This document shows positions 1 through 8,500 of a stretch of 64,000 nucleotides of DNA, piece by piece. Below the pieces are notes generated by a model. That model ran no database searches and was not told the origin of the DNA. It saw nothing but the letters and a program-made list of their open reading frames with translations. How positions within the stretch are numbered: position 1 is the first letter of the stretch; each line of letters opens with the position of its first letter. Made by a program: the position numbers and the translations under genes. The stretch spans positions 62,001-126,000 of the IMG/VR virus record IMGVR_UViG_3300021511_000003, one strand, 5' to 3'.

Positions 1-522
1 ATTAAGATATTCGGAAATATTTGAATATTTCATCCCTTTCCCTCTGATAAATATAAAAATTGGTTTCTTATCATCAGTCAAAATGGGACTGCCGTTTTTA
101 TTACAATAAATACCTGCAACTAACAACTGTGATCGACATGCATTACAAAAATCAACCGTGGCTCTTTCCGCTGAGGTCATTGGGCATGTTCTTATTTCAC
201 CATTTGCCAATTTACTTGAGCCTTTCCATGGCGGAGTTCCTTCTTTGAAAGAAAAACATATAATTGTATCACGTCCACGTTCATTTTCAATTTTCGCCAA
301 AATCTCTTTGGTGTGCGTAATAATCATATTTACTTCACTCAAATTATATTCAACACCTCTTATCTGAAAGTGCTCAATCTTTTCTTCAATATTCAAATGG
401 TTTTTTCTTGTTTTACCGGAAATATAAACACTGTGAAAAAACTCATCCTCTGGAGCAATTTTTTCGCCACTACCACCTTGAAAACCAGTTCCCTGTAGAT
501 CTTGATATTCCTCAAAACTCAT
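1..522 (-). CDS. Hypothetical protein, 3' end outside the window (MSFEEYQDLQGTG...; CP..C..C motif)
   Basis: Read manually: SD AAGGAGG, ATG at 522, frame open to position 1; not in the ORF track because it is truncated. Confidence 0.75.
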   Translation of the reverse strand, partial: MSFEEYQDLQGTGFQGGSGEKIAPEDEFFHSVYISGKTRKNHLNIEEKIEHFQIRGVEYNLSEVNMIITHTKEILAKIENERGRDTIICFSFKEGTPPWKGSSKLANGEIRTCPMTSAERATVDFCNACRSQLLVAGIYCNKNGSPILTDDKKPIFIFIRGKGMKYSNISEYLN

Positions 523-543
523 AATGTACATCCTCCTTTAAAG

Positions 544-1119
544 TTACTTATTTGGTATCAAACACCAATTTTGGCCATTTCTGTCATCTGGTATTGTAAC
601 AAGAGAAAACTCGTTGTTAAACCAGCATCTTATATATTGATCTAATAAATCACTTGAAATAAAATCACATAATTTATCATATTCAGGTAACGCAACTAAA
701 TTTGAATCTTCAATTGTAATTGGGGTGATTTTTCTTACCTTTGAATCTGTTATATCACCTGTGATTAATTTAGGGTGTGGGCAATAAACTATTACTAATC
801 TTTTTCCCACCATTCTAAAGATTTCATTTTTATACAAGTACGTATTTGTATCTAAATCATATGCAACATTCCTGGCGGTTAATACTCGATCAATTGATGT
901 ATGTTGTCTGCATAAAATACCATCTTTAGCTTTCATTTTACAAACTTCACAATTTGAATGATCAACCGTATATTTAACTCTTAGTTCAAAATTATCGTTT
1001 GCAGCTTTAGAAAAATATGATATTATCCGCCGTTTATTTAATAAAAATTTTACAATAGTTATTGGGTATACATCTGCACCCATTTTTTCAATGAACTTTT
1101 CAACTGAAACTTGTTTCAT
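544..1119 (-). CDS. Hypothetical protein with a CxxC...CxxH motif
   Basis: 191-aa ORF, SD AAGGAG. Confidence 0.7.
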   Translation of the reverse strand: MKQVSVEKFIEKMGADVYPITIVKFLLNKRRIISYFSKAANDNFELRVKYTVDHSNCEVCKMKAKDGILCRQHTSIDRVLTARNVAYDLDTNTYLYKNEIFRMVGKRLVIVYCPHPKLITGDITDSKVRKITPITIEDSNLVALPEYDKLCDFISSDLLDQYIRCWFNNEFSLVTIPDDRNGQNWCLIPNK

Positions 1120-1316
1120 TTATTAACTCCTTTGCTTTTTTTCTTTAATTTTTTCAGAACAAAAAACCAGCTATTTTGGCATATCTCCCACTTAGTAAAA
1201 TTTAATATAACTTTATTACCTAAATTAAAAGGATATAAAAGCTATATCAAACCACTAAGTGGAGAGACGATGCTAGTATTCGCATTGAAAAGTTCATATA
1301 TATCAGTAGATAATGT

Positions 1317-1478
1317 TTAATTACTATTATCCTTAGATATATACCGATTTCTGATATTATCAGAAACATTTATTTTACATATATCTGCGACCTTGATTAA
1401 CATCTCAGGAGTCGTATTTCTTAAAAATTCCTCTATACGTCTTCGCAGTTTTCGAAGCTGGTTATCAATCTGTTTCAT
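1317..1478 (-). CDS. Small hypothetical protein (53 aa, MKQIDNQLRKLRRR...)
   Basis: Read manually; SD AAGGGG directly after the stop of the 1488 ORF. Confidence 0.55.
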   Translation of the reverse strand: MKQIDNQLRKLRRRIEEFLRNTTPEMLIKVADICKINVSDNIRNRYISKDNSN

Positions 1479-1487
1479 TTATTCCCC

Positions 1488-2450
1488 TTAAAGTACGAGT
1501 GACAAATATACAGGTTTATTTTTTTGGTAAATTATATCACCACCACCAGATGATGTTTGGATCAATGTTGTTTGAAGTGAGCCAATTTGATCTATAGTTT
1601 TACTGGATTTAATTTTAATATTTTCCATAAGAGGTAATATTTCCTCTCTAAGATGTTGAGAGAATTTTTCTAAAATATATTTAACATCAGATGGTGTTGC
1701 ATCGTTTGGAAATTCTGGCAATAATAATACTTTATTATTCAATTTACCCAATAGTTTTAACCTAACCATTTCTGCTCCATAACATCCACGGATTAAAAGT
1801 TTCCAGTATTCTTCCCAATGCTCACTTGATGGCATGATTTCGATACCAACTGGAACACCTGAAAACATAATGATGGCACCAATTTGATTTTCAACTGGTT
1901 CAAACTCTGCCGCAAAAATTTCGAGTTCTTCTTTAATAGTCGGATTATCATAAAAATATCTCAAATGCGCTGAACCAATATTAACACTTGGAATTCCCCT
2001 AAGCCATTCACTAATTTTTCCCCATAATTTTGAATAATTTTCATGAGATCTGATTGATTGTTTGAGTAATGTTTTTCTAAGGGTAATTGGTAAAATATCA
2101 CTATCTACAACATCATTTAAATAACCACCCTGACTTTCTTCAATACAACATGCATTCTTAAATGATCTTGATTGTTTTTTCATTACAATACCAGAACCAC
2201 TCATTGCATGATCCTGACCTTTAGTACTTCGGACCATTATATTTGTGGGGACAATGGCTTCTGCTGAAGTATCTTTATTTTCAAAGACCATTGTTCCATA
2301 TGAAGTTGTCCGTTTGAATGACAAATTTGTTGGTTTTGCTATATCACCCCTTTCATCCCCCAGTATCGGAATAATGGCCATCTCATCAACAGCCTGAATG
2401 TTACCAATCTCAATTTTATCAAAATTGAGTCTTTTAAAAATTGAAGACAT
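1488..2450 (-). CDS. ARPP-type (ARPP-1/ARPP-2, DUF6569-like) domain protein
   Basis: Motifs MAIIPILG, YG.M.F.N, QDHAM, A.CIE.SQGG, LW..I, FE....QIGAII..G..VGIE..PS..W; adjacent to a vWA gene as recalled for bacterial ARPP-2 operons (not searched). Confidence 0.65.
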   Translation of the reverse strand: MSSIFKRLNFDKIEIGNIQAVDEMAIIPILGDERGDIAKPTNLSFKRTTSYGTMVFENKDTSAEAIVPTNIMVRSTKGQDHAMSGSGIVMKKQSRSFKNACCIEESQGGYLNDVVDSDILPITLRKTLLKQSIRSHENYSKLWGKISEWLRGIPSVNIGSAHLRYFYDNPTIKEELEIFAAEFEPVENQIGAIIMFSGVPVGIEIMPSSEHWEEYWKLLIRGCYGAEMVRLKLLGKLNNKVLLLPEFPNDATPSDVKYILEKFSQHLREEILPLMENIKIKSSKTIDQIGSLQTTLIQTSSGGGDIIYQKNKPVYLSLVL

Positions 2451-2463
2451 TTATGACCTCCTA

Positions 2464-3990
2464 TTATTTCAATTGTTTATTAAATTTATTGATGAGTAAC
2501 TTCTTGACCATTTCACGATTATCAATCATACGATTAAAGATCATTTCGGTTTCCAAATACTTGTAATTCGATACAGGCAACGGGTTTGTATCTGCTGTTA
2601 ACCTTCGTGTTGTACCGATTTTTGCATCTGCAGAAAACACAGGATTTAAATGAATCAGGTTAAATTCATAACCTGACTTTTTAAAATGATTATAGGTATG
2701 TTCAAACATACCTTTTATTGTATTTTCATAACCGTCTGATATAACAATAATAGTCTGGGGTTTGGAGATTACTGCATCTATAAGAGCTTGCCATAGTTTT
2801 GTATCATTGTGTGGAACAATAACACTAATAGGATCTTTCGTTGGAGTTTCCATTCTTTTCCCACCAACATAGATAACATCCTTGACGTTATCCAATATTG
2901 ACAAGATTGATAATGATGTAAGAAATGGATGCATTTTTCTTTCGTTACTACCCATCATGGATCTTGAGGCATCAATAATAACAACACACTCTCCAATATC
3001 AATATGATTCAATTTTTGAGATTGATATTCAATTCCTTCCATGATTTTTTCAATATTGACTGAATCGCCATTGAATAATTTAAAATAAAATGCCTTCCAT
3101 AGATCGTAAATATCTTGATTTTTATAGTTGATAGTTTTTGATTTGGTTGCACCACTACGTTTAACAGCAGATTCCATTTGTAGTGCTTCTCTATCACCCA
3201 TCTTCGCTTGTTCGTAAATTTCAGATATTTTAATATTTACTTTATAAGTATTTCTGAAACCCATTACTGTTCGGTTCGGCATGCCTTTCATCAATTTCTT
3301 GAATCGTTTAACATTGCCATCTTGGGCAGCTGTACGAAGATCCCAATATCTTTCAATTTTTGGGTATCTAACCAAAAGAATATTTTTTGGTGGTGCATGA
3401 TCAAATATATGATAAACCACCGGCATGGATTTGATATTATATCGACCGATTCTTTTGTTAAACAATTCCTCATCACCATTCAGGATTTTAAATACTTCCT
3501 GCTTTCCAAGAGCATGTCTAACCAATTTTTTCAATTTTCTTTTATAGTTAATTGCCAACCCTTCAAGTTCTTGAGTTGAACGGTCGAATATAAACTCAAG
3601 AATAATCTTTCTAGTTCTGGAGTTGTTGACTTTTTTAAAACCTTCTTCACCGGTGAGCATCAAAAGATTCTTCAAAGCTCTTGGTATTTTTTCTTTGGAA
3701 AGATTATATTTGATAACTTTTTGTTCATAGTCGAATGGTAAACCACTCGGGATTAATTCTTTTCCTGTTACACTTTGAGGATTGGCAAGTAACATATGAC
3801 TCATTGCGCCTTTTGAAAATCCAGTTCCCTCAAGTATTGTTGTTAATCCAAATAATGTTCGGTCAAATAAAAACAACTCTTTCCACATTTTGTATACTCG
3901 TTGAAACTGTTGATTTGCTTCTTCATAAAACGCACCTTTCGGAGCAAACTGAAGCATTCCAGAATCAATAGTAAGTGATTTTTCTGTCAT
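2464..3990 (-). CDS. Ro60/TROVE-like helical domain plus C-terminal vWA (MIDAS) protein
   Basis: IIDASRSMMGS (DxSxS), IIVISDGYEN and HLNPVF motifs; basic helical N-terminal ~340 aa; SD AAGGAG favours a start at 3990. Confidence 0.65.
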   Translation of the reverse strand: MTEKSLTIDSGMLQFAPKGAFYEEANQQFQRVYKMWKELFLFDRTLFGLTTILEGTGFSKGAMSHMLLANPQSVTGKELIPSGLPFDYEQKVIKYNLSKEKIPRALKNLLMLTGEEGFKKVNNSRTRKIILEFIFDRSTQELEGLAINYKRKLKKLVRHALGKQEVFKILNGDEELFNKRIGRYNIKSMPVVYHIFDHAPPKNILLVRYPKIERYWDLRTAAQDGNVKRFKKLMKGMPNRTVMGFRNTYKVNIKISEIYEQAKMGDREALQMESAVKRSGATKSKTINYKNQDIYDLWKAFYFKLFNGDSVNIEKIMEGIEYQSQKLNHIDIGECVVIIDASRSMMGSNERKMHPFLTSLSILSILDNVKDVIYVGGKRMETPTKDPISVIVPHNDTKLWQALIDAVISKPQTIIVISDGYENTIKGMFEHTYNHFKKSGYEFNLIHLNPVFSADAKIGTTRRLTADTNPLPVSNYKYLETEMIFNRMIDNREMVKKLLINKFNKQLK

Positions 3991-4081
3991 TTCTATGAAT
4001 CTCCTTTTTTTTAGTTTCAACGTAAGATAATCATAACTAATTTTTTTGGTTGAAAAATAAAAAGCATCTTTGGCCTTTTTG

Positions 4082-4137
4082 TTTCAAATATGACTTATAT
4101 AATATTCGATTTGAAATTATATCAAATCGTCTCGAAA
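4082..4137 (-). ncRNA. Degenerate fifth scaffold module of the RNA array
   Basis: Core TATAAT-TTCA-(8 nt)-ATTATA; weak outer helix TTTCGA/TTTGAAA. Confidence 0.4.
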
Positions 4138-4175
4138 AAATTCTATACCATTTAAACAGTATATTCAAAAAATAA

Positions 4176-4301
4176 TCCTGAAAGTAGAAAATGTAATAGG
4201 TACTTGATAAAGTAAGAATTGAACTTACCGTCTTTTGCGTATAAGGCAAATACCCCACCATTGGGATTTTTTATCTGAAATCACAAATAAGTCTTTCAGG
4301 A
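4176..4301 (-). ncRNA. Scaffold RNA module carrying a tRNA-Ile(UAU)-like cloverleaf (4206-4275)
   Basis: Outer helix TCCTGAAAG/CTTTCAGGA; inner TGTGAT/ATTACA; insert GATAAA/TTTATC stem, D arm TCCC-AATGGT-GGGG, anticodon arm TTTGC-CTTATAC-GCAAA, T arm GTAAG-TTCAATT-CTTAC; no CCA. Confidence 0.8.
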
Positions 4302-4327
4302 AACTGTAAATTGTATAATAAAAAGAA

Positions 4328-4406
4328 ACTAGAAGTTGTATATGTAATATGATGTTTTGGCTTCTTCTCAAAAGAATAAAACTGAAATTACAAAAAGTCT
4401 TCTAGT
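4328..4406 (-). ncRNA. Scaffold RNA module with a short hairpin insert
   Basis: Outer ACTAGAAG/CTTCTAGT; inner TGTAAT-TTCA...ATTACA; insert GTTTT..TTCTT-loop-AAGAA..AAAAC. Confidence 0.7.
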
Positions 4407-4417
4407 GTTAAAATACA

Positions 4418-4548
4418 CCCGAAGTAGTAAGTGTATTAATTTGTCATACCACAGATGGCGTGGTAGAAGGGACTCGAACCCTATACGTTGCTTTATAAGA
4501 GCAGTGCTGAACCAATCAGCGATCAGAAAATACGTCTAAGTCTTCGGG
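4418..4548 (-). ncRNA. Scaffold RNA module carrying a circularly permuted tRNA-Ile(UAU)-like domain
   Basis: Outer CCCGAAG/CTTCGGG; inner GTATT/AATAC; D arm GCTGA-TTGGT-TCAGC, anticodon arm TGCT-CTTATAA-AGCA, T arm AGGG-TTCGAGT-CCCT, then CTACCAC-G-CCA-TCT-GTGGTA. Confidence 0.8.
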
Positions 4549-4560
4549 AAAAATATAAAA

Positions 4561-4619
4561 TGGAGTTATAAATGTAATTGGTTGATTTAACAATAATTTG
4601 AAATTACATAAATTCTCCA
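4561..4619 (-). ncRNA. Minimal scaffold RNA module (first in the array)
   Basis: Outer TGGAG/CTCCA; inner TGTAAT-TTCA...ATTACA; about 20-nt AT-rich insert. Confidence 0.65.
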
Positions 4620-4660
4620 AAATGTTCTTAAACATAATAAATCATTATTCTTATTCAGAT

Positions 4661-4674
4661 ATTAATATATATAG
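4661..4674 (-). promoter_or_regulatory. Putative phage promoter class A (CTATATATATTAAT)
   Basis: Identical 14-mer at four intergenic sites, each oriented toward the downstream gene. Confidence 0.6.
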
Positions 4675-4693
4675 TTATTATATTTTTAAATGA

Positions 4694-4969
4694 TTAAGTA
4701 ACATCTACCATAGCAGGTTTTCTTGTATTATCTAAATCAAAAATAATCTTTTTATTTGAAAAATGATTTGCGGTATTCTTGATGATTTGTTTCATACCTT
4801 GTGGCATAAAATTATCAGTATAATATAATTGAAGTCCATCTTTGAAGCTAAATGCAATACCATCATGTGTTTCATTAACTTCAACTAAATCACTTCTTTT
4901 GATTTCAAGATTCATAGTACCTTTTTTAATGACAATCATTGATTCCTCAGTCATGTTATTCTCCTTCAA
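4694..4969 (-). CDS. Hypothetical protein
   Basis: ORF at the end of the RNAP operon; SD favours a start at MTEES. Confidence 0.7.
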   Translation of the reverse strand: MKENNMTEESMIVIKKGTMNLEIKRSDLVEVNETHDGIAFSFKDGLQLYYTDNFMPQGMKQIIKNTANHFSNKKIIFDLDNTRKPAMVDVT

Positions 4970-5570
4970 TTAATTTCAAGTATATTTCATTATTAAGTTC
5001 TTTTGATTTCTTACAAAACCATTCTGTGATTTTATCTTTATTATATGTTCTTAAAAAATTAGTAATTAACCAAGAAAAGTCTTGAGAATTTAACTGTTCT
5101 TCAATTTCAAAAATAATTTCATTTTGATTTTGTTTACAAATCTTTTCAATATGAAATGAATCCAATTCTGGATCTAGATATGACCATATTTCTATAATAA
5201 AATTTTTATGGTCATATTCAACAAACTCCAAAAATTTTAAGATATTTATAATATCAGATTCGCTATTTGTATTAACGATTATAGATGGTTCATAATTATA
5301 CACTTGCTTAACTCTTTTTAATATTGATTCTGCCAGAACCTGTTTTTGTTCTATTGGGTATTTTATCATATCAGGATATACTGATAAATATTCTTCTTTA
5401 AAATCTGATTTACCAATATTACGAATAATTGTTATAAAGAAATATTCTTTCAATGCTTCTTCTTCAACGGGATACCCCAATTCACTTTCCACTTCTGCAT
5501 CATCATAATCTACTTCTGGCTCTTCAATAGAGTTACCAAGAAGTATTTTTAGATCTTCTGATTCAAACAT
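4956..5570 (-). CDS. Hypothetical acidic protein in the RNAP operon
   Basis: 204-aa ORF coupled to the end of the beta gene. Confidence 0.75.
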   Translation of the reverse strand: MFESEDLKILLGNSIEEPEVDYDDAEVESELGYPVEEEALKEYFFITIIRNIGKSDFKEEYLSVYPDMIKYPIEQKQVLAESILKRVKQVYNYEPSIIVNTNSESDIINILKFLEFVEYDHKNFIIEIWSYLDPELDSFHIEKICKQNQNEIIFEIEEQLNSQDFSWLITNFLRTYNKDKITEWFCKKSKELNNEIYLKLIEGE

Positions 5571-5572
5571 TT

Positions 5573-8500
5573 TTACCTCGTTAACATTAATGATATAAAA
5601 TATGAATTTAATAAATCTTTTGCTGGAGATATTTTTGGTTCTTTATAACCAGCATTGCCATTTTGAATAATCTCTGCCATTATTTTATCTCTTGTTATAT
5701 AATCATCAGATAATGGACCCATAAATTCAGCTAAAACATGTGGACAATTATATGAAATAAAAGAATAAGTATCAAGTTCACCCAGTCTTTGACCTCCATC
5801 ACGTTTTTTTCCACTTGTAGGTTGTGATGTTTTACCTGTTGTTGGACCGGTACCACGTGCATATATTTTCGCTTCGCCAAGATGTTCGAGTTTTGACATA
5901 TACATATAACCAACAGCAACTTCAAAATGGGTTTTAGTATTATATTTAGGCAAGAAAAGTTTATATTTTGTTTTCAAGCCTAATACTTTCAATGATTTTT
6001 TAATCTCAGTATGACCGGGTGCTTTAAATGGTGGTATAATAATTGGATAAAAACCAGTCTTTTTAACCTGGTCAATCATTTTTACATATTGTGTTGTTGT
6101 CAAACTTGATAAATTTCTAACAAGATTTTCTGTTGCTTTTTTATTTGGTGACATATCAAGATTTACAAATACTTGTTTTATGAGTGCAATTGTTTTTGGT
6201 TTTGTCATTGTTGGTAATCGTTTACCTAATTCTCTTGCCATCAATCCACAATACATTTCATATAACTGACCCATATTCATTCTACTTAAAAGACCGAGAG
6301 GATTTAAAATTGTTTCAATGATATCACCGTTAGGAAGTCTTGGCATTAATTCATCGTTTTCAATTAGTGAGATGATTCCCTTATTGCCATACCTATTCGC
6401 TAATTTATCACCAAGTCCAACTCGTAATTCCTGTTCAATTCTAAATCTTACTAATACTCCTTTGATTGTTTCACCTTTGACCGTAAACGATTCTTTTGCT
6501 GGTTTCATTGATTTAAGATTTGTTTTTGTAATCAACTCTTTTAATTGTGGAAATAGTTCTTCATCAACATTAGAATAAACTTCAATATCAACAATTTTTC
6601 CACCAGGACTCTTTTTAATAAATTGTCCAGTAAACATATCAGTTGTTTCATCATCATCGAAACCAATAATATCTTCAATATCACCAAGAGTCTTTCTTAA
6701 TAATGGTTTTCCTTTTTCAATTTCATCACCAATTTCTGCAATATATAAAAGCCTATCATTAGGAGCAATTAATATTTCTTCTTCAATACCATGTAATGAA
6801 GTCAATTTATCCTGTTCTACAACTGATTTACTAATAACTGCACCATCTTCAAAATTATATCCATCATATGGCATAAGAGCGCATAATAACGGTCTTCCAA
6901 GTGAAATTGATCCATTAGACATACATGCACCTTCTGCAATAACATCACCCTGTTTGACGGTTTCACCCACCTTAATCAAAGGGTTAAATACACTTAATGT
7001 ATTTTTTCCAGAACCAGATTTTAAATGAACCGGTGTTATATCAATTATCTTTTTTGTTTTACCACATTGAATTGTTATTAAATCCTTATGAACAGAAGAA
7101 ATTTTACCATTACAAGGAGATTTTTTCACAAAGTTTTTTGATAAAACACCTGTTAATATTGATTCATATCCAGATTGAACAACAGGGGGTTGTGGATTTC
7201 TTAAAGGCAACATTTGTTTTGCCTGATTTGAAAGCATAATAACCCTTGCACCATCTGTATTTTCAAGGAATGGAATCATTGATGTAGTCGTTGAAAGCAT
7301 TCCACTTCCTTCATTATCTGATATATCTTTTGTTGTAAATAAACCTCGTGATGACGATATCAATGCGTCTATGGTTAACTGTTGAACAATTCCAATATTG
7401 TCACTCTCGGATGTATCAAGAGGATCAAGATTTCCAAAATATGAATTATGTAAATTACGAGCATCATTATGAATAGCTCTTTTATCAGGAATACCTCCAA
7501 CCTTTTTACCAGCAGGAGACACTCTTGTCATAGTTGACATTTCTTCAAGAGGATTTGCGTATTCCATATCAACAACTAATTCAGTCATTAAAAAATCACT
7601 TAATACTTTAGTTGGTACTATTGTTAATTTTGCTTCTGTATTGCCTGATAAAACTTGCTCTTTATATACTGTGTAAGCTGCAAGAATTTGTTTTTGTGCT
7701 AAATGGACAAGAACTTCTGAATTTCTAATTCGTTGATTACTAATATCATTTCTTGCAATATAAAACCCATCAACAACTTTTTCTGTCATATATTTCATAA
7801 TCATTTCAAGATCAGTTGGTAATTGTTTATTTAATAATACTTGCTTAGCAACAGGATCAACAATATTTTGAAGATTTGAACTAATAAGAAATGTTGAGTT
7901 TAATCTACCTGATAATTGAATTATTAAATCTTCAAAATATTTATGTGAAGCAAATTCGGCATCACTTTTATATTGTTGTACTTTACCATGAATGAATGAT
8001 TGGCATAGTTGTTTTTGTAAATCTGTTTGGACGTTTTGGAATATAATATATTTTTCGTTGTTAATTTTACATGAGAATTTTTCACTTGGTTTATTATCTG
8101 ACAATATATATTTAATATTATATTTTTTTAAGGTTTCATCAAAACCAAAACTAAACGCAAGCAAAAATATTAATGGCATTTTATAAGACATGAAAGCTTC
8201 AAGATATTTTTCACGTCTTAGCTGTTTAACATATATTCTAAAAACAGAATATGAGCTTTCAAATCTTGATTCACCTGGTGATGGAAATGTAATTGGATTT
8301 TGTACAATTTGATTGATCAAACATTTTTGTTTACCATTCAGTCGAAACACTCCAGTATCAGGATCAATTTTTGGCAACTCCATTTTTATTTCATGTTTGT
8401 TTCCAAATTCATCTGACATATTAATTGTAGCAATTGATAAATCAGATCTCATTACTTCACCCATTCTTTGAGGTTTATCAGCAAGTGTAATCCCTTCAAA

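Noticed and set aside
60-498. Short plus-strand ORFs here and the many antisense ORFs in the track (e.g. 11733-12188, 16817-17430)
   Set aside because: Shadows of longer opposite-strand genes that have an RBS and recognisable motifs.
4445-4524. Ordinary tRNA-Ile gene or attachment-site remnant
   Set aside because: No 5' acceptor strand precedes the D arm; the complement lies after the CCA and the whole unit is enclosed in the shared scaffold.
4037-4539. ORFs 4037-4261 (-) and 4357-4539 (+)
   Set aside because: No RBS or recognisable motifs, and they overlap the structured RNA modules.
4082-4619. CRISPR array (repeated motifs, with a Cas4-like gene in the window)
   Set aside because: The repeats are conserved in structure, not sequence; unit lengths vary from 56 to 131 nt; no cas1/cas2 or effector genes are present; solo Cas4-like nucleases are common in phages.
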